A stretch of DNA of 63,050 nt, the filler included, from Pseudomonadota bacterium (GTDB lineage: Bacteria > Desulfobacterota > Desulfobacteria > Desulfobacterales > JBDRRP01): assembly GCA_043825735.1 (NCBI GenBank). It is 7 parts of 7 records of this genome, joined end to end, with 100 filler letters (N's around TTAATTAATTAA, not from the genome) between each part and the next. Parts side by side here need not be neighbours in the genome. Positions count along the whole stretch, not along the records: positions 48,509 to 55,849 come from JBDRRP010000116.1; positions 55,950 to 60,881 come from JBDRRP010000117.1; positions 60,982 to 63,050 come from JBDRRP010000130.1; 4 more parts are not named here. One strand, given 5' to 3'. The first letter of the stretch is position 1. Each line of letters starts with the position of its first letter. The notes below the pieces were generated by a model. The model was given only the letters and a program-made list of their open reading frames with translations, did no database searches and had not been told where the DNA came from. A program made the translations under genes and the position numbers. Below, piece by piece: positions 55,709-63,050 of this stretch.

Positions 55709-55849
55709 ATGAGCAAGCATGACCAAGTGAAGATGACCGAGATGAACTACGCGGCGGATCGCCCGAAGGCGAAGAACCCGGTGAAGATAGAGGATTTGTC
55801 CCTTCGCGACGGGCACCAGAGCCTTTTTGCCACGCGCGGTCGCACCGAG
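55709..55849 (+). CDS. Pyruvate/oxaloacetate carboxyltransferase (PycB/OadA/transcarboxylase 5S-like), 5' fragment, copy 1
   Basis: DLSLRDGHQSLFATR motif; AGGAG RBS; cut by the contig end. Confidence 0.85.
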
Positions 55850-55949
55850 NNNNNNNNNNNNNNNNNNNNNNNNNNNNNNNNNNNNNNNNNNNNTTAATTA
55901 ATTAANNNNNNNNNNNNNNNNNNNNNNNNNNNNNNNNNNNNNNNNNNNN
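55850..55949. other. Artificial contig linker
   Basis: N-TTAATTAATTAA-N. Confidence 0.99.
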
Positions 55950-56304
55950 CCATGCCCACCACCCGCCGGGCCAGCTCGATGCCGATCAGGACCCCGACCA
56001 CGGCCATCCATTTGTCCAGGTCGTTTTCGGCGCCGGTGCGGTAGTTGATGGCCTCAAAGTTGAGAATCCAGTAACCGATGGTGACGATGGCGGCGATGAT
56101 GAGCAGATAGTCCACCACCCGGAAAATGGGCGTCTTGGACTTGTAGAGCAAAAACACCAGGACATAGGTGATGATGACATAAATGCCCCGGTGGTACTGG
56201 GTGGCCGCCGGCTGCAGCACCGCCGCCCAGGAATAGAATACCACCAGGACCACGGATAAGACGTCGAAGATAATTTTTTCGAACCTGTTGAGTTTGTCGT
56301 ACAC
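55950..56304 (-). CDS. TRAP transporter fused permease (4TM/12TM, TAXI-type), 5' fragment
   Basis: Multi-TM N-terminus with HRGIY, FLLY, DYLL and IELARRVVG; GGGAGG RBS; TAXI binding-protein remnant upstream. Confidence 0.75.
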
Positions 56305-56390
56305 GGTTTCCCTCCCGTATGCCTTCGAAGCAATAATCTCCCGGGGAACGCAGTAGCGGCTGCGCTCCCTGGGCGCGTTTCATGCAGGAC

Positions 56391-56482
56391 CTATTTCAAA
56401 ACTCCTTTTTCTTTCCAGAACTTTTCGGCACCCGGATGCAGCGGGGTCACGAACCCTCGATGCCGCTGTGGATGCTCATGGC
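56391..56482 (-). pseudogene. Remnant of a TAXI-family TRAP solute-binding protein (last ~30 codons, frameshifted)
   Basis: AMSIHSGIEG, then a 1-nt shift, then VTPLHPGAEKFWKEKGVLK*; PLHPGA..(F/Y)WKE.G is the typical TAXI C-terminus. Confidence 0.75.
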
Positions 56483-56493
56483 GGCCGAATACC

Positions 56494-56509
56494 AGCAAAA
56501 AATGTACCA
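56494..56509 (-). promoter_or_regulatory. Sigma54 -24/-12 promoter for the TAXI-TRAP operon
   Basis: TGGTAC-ATTTT-TTGCT with exact GG-N10-GC spacing. Confidence 0.65.
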
Positions 56510-56617
56510 CCAATTGAAATTGCCCCGCCGCTGTGCGTTTTCCCTCATGATTAAAGGCCGATTGAGCAGATGCCTCGGATGGTCCCGAGAGGCCTGGGGC
56601 TCAAAAAAAGCACCTGC

Positions 56618-56633
56618 CGGTGAAAATTCACCG
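56618..56633. promoter_or_regulatory. Candidate enhancer-binding-protein UAS
   Basis: Near-perfect palindrome CGGTGAAAATTCACCG between two divergent sigma54 motifs. Confidence 0.4.
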
Positions 56634-56842
56634 ATTGCTGGCCAAAATCCGCCGCTTGTGGTATGGGAACAGGTTCGCGCGACTGGGCGCGCCCATGCTG
56701 ATCTTTCCGGATCCGTGATCCAGACAGCATCGTGCAGATGCGTGCCATCCCGCACCCGGCGCCGCCTGACAAGCTCAACCTGCGGTTGGATATTCGAAAA
56801 ACGTGTCTTTTCAGACAGTTTGACGCCTGAACAAGAAAATGC

Positions 56843-56858
56843 AGGCACACTTATTGCT
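56843..56858 (+). promoter_or_regulatory. Sigma54 -24/-12 promoter for sdhCAB
   Basis: AGGCAC-ACTTA-TTGCT, ~50 nt before the sdhC ATG. Confidence 0.65.
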
Positions 56859-56909
56859 ATGACTTATTGTTTTTTTATTTTACCTAAACTTCACCATCAG
56901 GAGGCAGGC

Positions 56910-57551
56910 ATGAATTGGGTGACGGACACAGTTGGGTCCTCGGTGGGCAAGAAGGTGATGATGGCGCTGACGGGGCTGTCGTTTTGCGGGTTTCTGGCGG
57001 CGCATCTGGCGGGCAACCTGACGCTTTACGGCGGCCGGGAGGCCTTTAACGGGTATGCGGCGCATCTGCATTCGCTGGGCCCGCTGGTGACAGTGGCAGA
57101 AATAGGGCTGCTCACACTGGCGCTGGTGCATGTGACGACCGGTCTATTGCTGGTCTACCAAAACTTCATGGCACGCCCCGAGCGCTACGCGGTGAGCGCC
57201 CGGGCCGGCGGGCGCACCATCGGTTCGGCGACCATGCCCTACACCGGGGTGCTCATACTTTTGTTCGTGATCTTTCACCTGGCCAACTTTCATTTTGTGG
57301 ACAAGAGCCACACGACGATTTTCGACATCGTCAGCCGGGCGTTTTCCAGTCCGCTATACGTGGCGCTTTACATCGCGGCCATGGTGGTGGTGGCCCTTCA
57401 CGTAAGCCACGGGTTCTGGAGTCTGTTTCAAACCCTGGGGGCCAACCATCCCAAATACATGCCGCTGATCATGGCCGCCAGTGTGATTTTTGCCCTGGTG
57501 GTTGGGGTGGGCTTCGGGTTTTTGCCCATCTACGTGGCCATGCTGGCGTAG
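56910..57551 (+). CDS. sdhC: Succinate dehydrogenase/fumarate reductase cytochrome b subunit (b558 family)
   Basis: SSVGKKVMMALTG, HLAGN, HVSHGFWSLFQTLG; CAGGAGG RBS before ATG 56910. Confidence 0.92.
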   Translation: MNWVTDTVGSSVGKKVMMALTGLSFCGFLAAHLAGNLTLYGGREAFNGYAAHLHSLGPLVTVAEIGLLTLALVHVTTGLLLVYQNFMARPERYAVSARAGGRTIGSATMPYTGVLILLFVIFHLANFHFVDKSHTTIFDIVSRAFSSPLYVALYIAAMVVVALHVSHGFWSLFQTLGANHPKYMPLIMAASVIFALVVGVGFGFLPIYVAMLA

Positions 57552-57579
57552 GACTGACAACGAAAGCAACTGCAAATTT

Positions 57580-57662
57580 ACCACGGAGGACACGGAGTGC
57601 ACAGAGATTGATATGGAAAACCCCAAATCGCTTTTCTCCGTGTACTCTGTGATCTCCGTGGT
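57580..57662. repeat. Palindromic element with three 9-nt units per arm (CACGGAG type), between sdhC and sdhA
   Basis: ACCACGGAG GACACGGAG TGCACAGAG ... CTCCGTGTA CTCTGTGAT CTCCGTGGT. Confidence 0.8.
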
Positions 57663-57690
57663 TTAACAGCACTTCAGGAGGCAATTACCC

Positions 57691-59604
57691 ATGGCATTAG
57701 ACGCAAAGATCCCCTCGGGCCCGATCCAGGACAAATGGGACCGGCATCGGTTCGAGCTCAAGCTGGTCAATCCGGCCAACAAGCGCAAATTCACGGTGAT
57801 CGTTGTGGGCACCGGTCTGGCCGGCGGCTCGGCGGCGGCCTCGCTGGCCGAGCTGGGCTACAACGTGAAGAACTTTTGCATTCAGGATTCTCCGCGCCGG
57901 GCGCACTCCATTGCGGCCCAGGGCGGGATCAACGCGGCCAAGAATTACCAAAACGACGGCGACAGCATCTGGCGTCTGTTTTACGACACGGTCAAGGGCG
58001 GCGATTTTCGGGCCCGAGAGGCCAACGTCTACCGGCTGGCCCAGGTATCGACCGCCATCATCGACCAGTGCGTGGCGCAAGGGGTGCCCTTTGCCCGGGA
58101 CTACGGCGGGCTATTGGCCAACCGCAGCTTCGGCGGCGCCCAGGTGAGCCGGACCTTTTACGCGCGGGGCCAGACTGGCCAGCAGCTTTTACTCGGCTGT
58201 TACAGCGCGCTGATGCGCCAGGTGGCCGCGGGAAAAGTTGAGCTGTTTCCCCGGCGCGAGATGCTCGAATTGGTGGTAGCGGGCGAGCGGGCCCGGGGCA
58301 TTATCGTCAGAAATCTCGTCACCGGCCAGATTGAGCGCCACGCGGCCGATGCCGTGGTACTGGCCACCGGCGGCTACGGCAACGTATTCTTCTTGTCCAC
58401 CAACGCCATGGGCTCCAATGTGACCGCGGCCTACCGCTGCCACAAGAAGGGCGCCTATTTTGCCAACCCGTGCTTTACCCAGATCCATCCCACCTGCATC
58501 CCGGTGCACGGCTCCTACCAGAGCAAGCTCACGCTCATGAGCGAGAGCCTTCGCAACGACGGGCGGGTGTGGGTGCCAAAGGACGGCGCCGACACGCGCC
58601 GGCCCTCTGATATTCCCGACAGCGATCGGGACTATTACCTGGAACGAAAGTACCCCAGCTTCGGCAACCTGGTGCCCCGGGACGTGGCCAGCCGAAACGC
58701 CAAGCAGGTCTGCGACGAGGGCCGGGGCGTTGGCGAGACCAAGCTGGCGGTCTATCTGGACTTTGCCGATGCCATTGGTCGCGACGGAAAAGATCTCATC
58801 GCGAAAAAATACGGCAACCTGTTTCAGATGTATGAGAAAATCACCGCCGAAAACCCCTACCAGACCCCCATGATGATCTACCCGGCCGTTCACTACACCA
58901 TGGGTGGACTGTGGGTGGACTACAATCTGCAGAGCTCGATCCCGGGTCTTTTTGTCCTTGGCGAAGCCAACTTCTCCGATCACGGGGCCAACCGGCTTGG
59001 GGCCAGCGCCCTGATGCAGGGGCTGGCTGACGGCTATTTTGTCATTCCCTACACCATCGGCGGCTACCTGGCCGGCATCACCCCGGGCGAGGTGGGAGAG
59101 GCCAGTGCGGCATTTGCCGACACCGAGGCCCAGGCCACCGGACGCATCGATCGGCTGCTGTCCATCGATGGCAAGCGCACGGTGGACGACTTTCACCGGC
59201 AGCTGGGGCTGATCATGTGGGACTACTGCGGCATGGGCCGCACCGACGAGGGGCTCCAAAAGGCCCAGGGGCTGATCCAGGAGCTGAAAGAAGAGTACTG
59301 GAAAAATGTCACTGTGCCGGGCACCGCCGGCGAGTTCAACCAGAGCCTGGAGCGCGCGGGCCGGGTGGCGGACTTTTTGGAGTTTGCCGAGCTCATGGTC
59401 ATCGACGCTCTGGATCGGCGAGAATCGTGCGGAGGCCACTTCAACGAGGCCTTCCAAACACCGGAAAACGAGGCGCTCAGAGACGATGAGAACTTCGCCT
59501 ACGTGGCGGCCTGGGAGCACCGGGGCGAAGGTGCCGCGCCCGCGCTTCACAAGGAATCGCTGAACTTTGAAAACGTGAAACTGACGCAAAGGAGCTACAA
59601 GTGA
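57691..59604 (+). CDS. sdhA: Succinate dehydrogenase/fumarate reductase flavoprotein subunit
   Basis: [30 protein letters not shown] and HGANRLG. Confidence 0.96.
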   Translation: MALDAKIPSGPIQDKWDRHRFELKLVNPANKRKFTVIVVGTGLAGGSAAASLAELGYNVKNFCIQDSPRRAHSIAAQGGINAAKNYQNDGDSIWRLFYDTVKGGDFRAREANVYRLAQVSTAIIDQCVAQGVPFARDYGGLLANRSFGGAQVSRTFYARGQTGQQLLLGCYSALMRQVAAGKVELFPRREMLELVVAGERARGIIVRNLVTGQIERHAADAVVLATGGYGNVFFLSTNAMGSNVTAAYRCHKKGAYFANPCFTQIHPTCIPVHGSYQSKLTLMSESLRNDGRVWVPKDGADTRRPSDIPDSDRDYYLERKYPSFGNLVPRDVASRNAKQVCDEGRGVGETKLAVYLDFADAIGRDGKDLIAKKYGNLFQMYEKITAENPYQTPMMIYPAVHYTMGGLWVDYNLQSSIPGLFVLGEANFSDHGANRLGASALMQGLADGYFVIPYTIGGYLAGITPGEVGEASAAFADTEAQATGRIDRLLSIDGKRTVDDFHRQLGLIMWDYCGMGRTDEGLQKAQGLIQELKEEYWKNVTVPGTAGEFNQSLERAGRVADFLEFAELMVIDALDRRESCGGHFNEAFQTPENEALRDDENFAYVAAWEHRGEGAAPALHKESLNFENVKLTQRSYK

Positions 59605-60368
59605 GCGCGAAAAGCATCAACGTGACCTTGAAAGTGTGGCGCCAGAAGGGCCAGGGGGTCAAGGGCCGCCTGGAAACCTACCGCGCCGATAACATATCCA
59701 CCGACATGAGTTTTCTGGAAATGATCGATGTCGTCAACGAGGCGCTGGCCATCGATGCACGCGAACCCATCGCCTTTGACCACGACTGCCGCGAGGGCAT
59801 CTGCGGCATGTGCGGGGCGGTGGTCAACGGCCGGCCCCATGGTCCGGAAAAGGGTACCACCTTGTGCCAGCTGCACATGCGCCACTTTGACGACGGCGAT
59901 ACCATTGTCATCGAGCCTTTCAGAGCCCGGGCCTTTAAAATCATAAAAGATCTGGTGGTTGACAGAAGCCCGCTGGACGCCATCATCGCCGCCGGCGGCT
60001 ACATCTCGGCCAACACCGGTGGGGCTAAGGATGCCAATGCCATCCTGATCCCACAGGAAAACGCCGAAAGGGCCATGGACGCGGCCGCCTGCATCGGCTG
60101 CGGGGCCTGCGTTGCCGCCTGCCCCAACGCCTCGGCCATGCTCTTTGTCAGCGCCAAAGTCAGCCACCTGGCACTGCTGCCCCAGGGCCGGCCCGAGGCC
60201 GCCCGGCGCGCACTGGCCATGGTCCGGAAAATGGACGCGCTGTGCTTTGGCAACTGCTCCAACGAGCGCGAATGCGAAGCCGAGTGCCCCAAGGAAATCT
60301 CCATTGTCAACATCGCACGGCTCAACCGTGAGTTCATCACCGCCGGTATCGCCAGCAGCGTGATGTAA
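59601..60368 (+). CDS. sdhB: Succinate dehydrogenase/fumarate reductase Fe-S subunit
   Basis: [21 protein letters not shown] and [12 protein letters not shown]. Confidence 0.96.
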   Translation: MSAKSINVTLKVWRQKGQGVKGRLETYRADNISTDMSFLEMIDVVNEALAIDAREPIAFDHDCREGICGMCGAVVNGRPHGPEKGTTLCQLHMRHFDDGDTIVIEPFRARAFKIIKDLVVDRSPLDAIIAAGGYISANTGGAKDANAILIPQENAERAMDAAACIGCGACVAACPNASAMLFVSAKVSHLALLPQGRPEAARRALAMVRKMDALCFGNCSNERECEAECPKEISIVNIARLNREFITAGIASSVM

Positions 60369-60385
60369 ATTCAAAAAGCGTATTC

Positions 60386-60496
60386 ACCACAGAGGACACG
60401 GAGAACACCAACAGCATTTAACATGGGTTGCGACGCTGGCGCGTCACAACCCATGAGAACCGGGTTTTCCTCCGTGTCCTCCGTGAGCTCCGTGGT
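60386..60496. repeat. Palindromic 9-nt-arm element with a nested hairpin
   Basis: ACCACAGAGGACACGGAG...CTCCGTGTCCTCCGTGAGCTCCGTGGT around CATGGGTTGCGACGC..GCGTCACAACCCATG. Confidence 0.75.
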
Positions 60497-60522
60497 TCAA
60501 TTGCAGTTCATCAGGAGACGAC

Positions 60523-60687
60523 ATGGACAATTCAGTGAAGACCGCTGCGGCAATGAGCGCGGTGATGACCTATATCCGGGACCAGGAGGCCGCGGCTGCC
60601 GCGCACAACGCACCGGTAGCCATCCCAGCCGAGGTTTACCGGCAGCTGCAGGCGCTTTATCGCGAGCTTCAGCAATTCTTTCAGTAA
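60523..60687 (+). CDS. 54-aa paralog of the small carboxyltransferase accessory subunit
   Basis: Hand translation MDNSVKTAAAMSAVMTYIRDQEAAAAAHNAPVAIPAEVYRQLQALYRELQQFFQ*; CAGGAG RBS; N-terminus aligns with MDNKKKVAAISAVIQYIRTEEEA. Confidence 0.75.
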   Translation: MDNSVKTAAAMSAVMTYIRDQEAAAAAHNAPVAIPAEVYRQLQALYRELQQFFQ

Positions 60688-60740
60688 CCAACCGGCAACG
60701 GTTCTAATTTTTTCTGGTAGCAGAGAGGAGAACTCCGACC

Positions 60741-60881
60741 ATGAGCAAGCATGACCAAGTGAAGATGACCGAGATGAACTACGCGGCGGATCGCCCGAAG
60801 GCGAAGAACCCGGTGAAGATAGAGGATTTGTCCCTTCGCGACGGGCACCAGAGCCTTTTTGCCACGCGCGGTCGCACCGAG
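60741..60881 (+). CDS. Pyruvate/oxaloacetate carboxyltransferase, 5' fragment, copy 2
   Basis: Identical to 55709-55849 from the ATG; has its own GAGGAG RBS. Confidence 0.85.
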
Positions 60882-60981
60882 NNNNNNNNNNNNNNNNNNN
60901 NNNNNNNNNNNNNNNNNNNNNNNNNTTAATTAATTAANNNNNNNNNNNNNNNNNNNNNNNNNNNNNNNNNNNNNNNNNNNN
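60882..60981. other. Artificial contig linker
   Basis: N-TTAATTAATTAA-N. Confidence 0.99.
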
Positions 60982-61025
60982 AAAACAAACGGGGTGCCCA
61001 CTTGGAAAATGGGAGGTGCTGCCAA

Positions 61026-61649
61026 GTGGCAAGAATACCGAAACTGTTTTGGTTCGACACGGAAACGACGGGGACCGAGCGGTACCGCAACTCGATGATC
61101 CAGCTCAGCGCCCTGATCGAAATTGGGGGCGAGGTGGTGGAGGAGCTCAACTTGTTCTTCCGGCCGCTGCCTGACCGGGAGATCAGTCAGGATGCGCTGG
61201 ACATCAACGGACGCACTCTCGGGGAGATTGAATCTTTTCCCGATGCAGCCGATGGCGTTGCGCAGCTCAAAGCGGCGTTCAATCGGCATGTCAAAAAGTT
61301 CGACAAAAACGACAAACTGGTTCCTGCAGGGTTCAACACCGGCTTTGACACCGACTTTTTAAGGGAGACCTTTTTTGCCAGTGCGGCGAGGTTTCCTGAC
61401 AAAAAAGAGTACGGGCCGGGGAGCTATCTTTTCAACGCCGCAATCGACGTGCGCCATCTCATTGCCGAGATGATCGCTCGCAAAGGGTTTCGGTCGAGAA
61501 ACTTCAAGCTCTCCACCTGTTGTCTGGAACTGGACGTCCCGCTCGATAACGCCCATGACGCCCTGGCCGACATCCGTTCCACCCGGGCGCTCTATTATCG
61601 GTGCATGAAAGAGCTGGGCTATTCACAGGAGGCCGCCCATGCAGCGTAG
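61026..61649 (+). CDS. DEDDh (DnaQ-like) 3'-5' exonuclease, phage-type
   Basis: ExoI FDTETTG, ExoII GFNTGFD, ExoIII HDALAD; GGGAGG RBS before GTG 61026. Confidence 0.88.
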   Translation: MARIPKLFWFDTETTGTERYRNSMIQLSALIEIGGEVVEELNLFFRPLPDREISQDALDINGRTLGEIESFPDAADGVAQLKAAFNRHVKKFDKNDKLVPAGFNTGFDTDFLRETFFASAARFPDKKEYGPGSYLFNAAIDVRHLIAEMIARKGFRSRNFKLSTCCLELDVPLDNAHDALADIRSTRALYYRCMKELGYSQEAAHAA

Positions 61650-62028
61650 GGAAGGCAATCTGTGCGATCGGTGCGTGAAGCGCGCAAACAGCTACCCTGG
61701 CGTCTATTTGGAAAAACGGTATGCCGGTCCCGGTCGAAAAGGCCGGCCCGACATTACCGGGGCGATCCACGGCAGGCGTGTGGAGCTTGAAGCCAAGATT
61801 GACGACAACACGCCGACGCCGATTCAAAAACACTGGCTAAAGGTCTGGAAGGATTGCGGCGCTCTGGCAGCGGCATTTTGGACCGATGCCGAGTTTAATG
61901 CCTTGGTGATGCCGCTGATTGTTTCTGGCGGCAATATCGCGTCCATGCTCAGGCTGGACGATAACTGGCGACCTACTGCGGGGTACACGGATTGGTACGA
62001 AGGCGTGTTTTTAAAAGAGGCGGCATAG
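61639..62028 (+). CDS. VRR-NUC-like PD-(D/E)xK nuclease
   Basis: GRPDI...ELEAK...PTPIQ..W....G pattern; overlaps the upstream stop. Confidence 0.8.
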   Translation: MQRREGNLCDRCVKRANSYPGVYLEKRYAGPGRKGRPDITGAIHGRRVELEAKIDDNTPTPIQKHWLKVWKDCGALAAAFWTDAEFNALVMPLIVSGGNIASMLRLDDNWRPTAGYTDWYEGVFLKEAA

Positions 62029-62285
62029 TTGTCCTTGCAAAGGCCGATGCGGCGCTGCGGCAACTGAGCGATGAGCAGCGCGAGTTTGTTCGTGGGCGGA
62101 TCAGGGCACAGCTACGCCTGTCCAGGGCGAGCATTGCCAACAAGGTGCGAATCGAGCTGCTGGATAGTTTGATTGGCGGCGGCGGTGTTGATTACCAGGC
62201 TGTTGAATCGGTTTACGATGACGTCATGGCCCCGGTACTGAGTTGCAAAAATGAAACAACCGGTGGCGAAATTACAAATATGTAA
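61992..62285 (+). CDS. Hypothetical phage-like protein
   Basis: Co-directional, tightly packed ORF; start uncertain; no motif recognised. Confidence 0.4.
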   Translation: MVRRRVFKRGGIVVLAKADAALRQLSDEQREFVRGRIRAQLRLSRASIANKVRIELLDSLIGGGGVDYQAVESVYDDVMAPVLSCKNETTGGEITNM

Positions 62286-62456
62286 GACCGGCAATGTATA
62301 GGCTATGTGCATAAAATGTACATGGCCTCGGCTACACTGGTACGGCTTCGCAATGGGCAAGAGCCCCGCGTAACTTTTAAAAATTATCAGTAATTTGGGA
62401 GTGGCAACACCGAGAAAACCGGCAAAAACACAAAATCGGATCAAAAACAGGGGCTT

Positions 62457-63050
62457 ATGGGCGAAGATCAAGTGAAAAAAGACACAACTCAAGAATTACT
62501 GCGCATGATGAGCGAGATTTTACTATCCAATGGGCAGCTCAGCCACATCGCCCAGCAGTGCGACGGGCTGGTTGCGCATTTTGTGGACGGCTCAAGTACA
62601 TTTTATGCCATCACCATCGGCGATCTGAACGCAATTTACGCCGTCAACAAGATCATCGGCGCCGAGGACCGCAGCACCGAGGAAAAAGCGCCACAATCCG
62701 GTGAAAGGGTCACCGAGGCAAAGCGCGCCGAGCACTTTGAGGCGTTCATCGGTGGTATGCGCGGGGTCATGGTTGCCAAAAACGCCGATTACAGCGCCGG
62801 CATGGCAAAGGAAGACGGCCTTGCCAACTTCAACGAGGTTGCGCGCCTGTTGAAGGGGGCGCCCATTACGCCGTACACCGTTGCCATGGTCTATTTCCTC
62901 AAACACGTCTTCAGCATCATCAAGTACTGCAAAACCGGCACCCAGGAATCTGGCGAGGCACTGGGCGGTCGGCACACGGATCTTGGAAATTACAGCTTTT
63001 TCCTCAACGAGTTGGCCGGCGTCCACCAAAAGTGGGTCCAAAATGAGCAG
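62457..63050 (+). CDS. Phage protein with a C-terminal DUF1599/Nmad1-like all-alpha domain, 3' incomplete
   Basis: Open frame from ATG 62457 to the window end (198 codons, not in the ORF track): ...KNADYS...DGLANF...VYFLKH...ESGE...RHTDLGNYSFFL. Confidence 0.6.
   Translation, partial: MGEDQVKKDTTQELLRMMSEILLSNGQLSHIAQQCDGLVAHFVDGSSTFYAITIGDLNAIYAVNKIIGAEDRSTEEKAPQSGERVTEAKRAEHFEAFIGGMRGVMVAKNADYSAGMAKEDGLANFNEVARLLKGAPITPYTVAMVYFLKHVFSIIKYCKTGTQESGEALGGRHTDLGNYSFFLNELAGVHQKWVQNEQ

Noticed and set aside
56382..56909. 176-aa N-terminal extension of SdhC in the ORF track
   Set aside because: The region holds promoters and the antisense TAXI remnant; the RBS and family N-terminus point to ATG 56910.
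62592..63041. 149-aa minus-strand ORF
   Set aside because: Antisense to the better-supported plus-strand ORF from 62457, which is co-directional with the phage-like genes.

Overview
The window joins seven unordered contigs with artificial N-TTAATTAATTAA-N linkers, so gene order across linkers means nothing. Gene content suggests an anaerobic Desulfobacterota (Desulfobacterales-like) bacterium; this is inference. Contig 1 (1-10806): larB, aat-clpA-clpS, secA, an M23 peptidase, folD and a DUF3124-like gene. Contig 2 (10907-19904): an IS3 end, NfeD/SPFH, a low-GC Fic gene, class I fumarase, and a GlcD/GlcF-like dehydrogenase operon with a FadR-type regulator, divergent from a TRAP binding protein. 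Contig 3 (20005-35087): tuf, rpmG, tRNA-Trp, secE, nusG, rplKAJL, rpoBC, rpsLG, then a second tuf with no fusA. Contig 4 (35188-48408): yajC-secDF, dprA, topA, an ilv attenuator, ilvD, ilvB. Contig 5 (48509-55849): a methylmalonyl-CoA (propionate) cluster. Contig 6 (55950-60881): a TAXI-TRAP permease and sdhCAB under divergent sigma54-type promoters. Contig 7 (60982-63050): phage-like genes. Main observations: (1) a ~99-aa parvulin/PpiC-like domain inserted in RNA polymerase beta-prime; (2) an identical carboxyltransferase gene start in two operons, each after a paralogous small ORF, one absent from the ORF track; (3) arrays of sequence-variable but pairing-conserved mini-hairpins within a large family of intergenic repeats; (4) a deleted, frameshifted TAXI binding-protein remnant; (5) an Ile/Leu/Val leader-peptide attenuator; (6) an unannotated phage ORF resembling nucleotide-modification-associated (DUF1599/Nmad1-like) proteins. 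All family calls come from reading motifs by eye, not from database searches.
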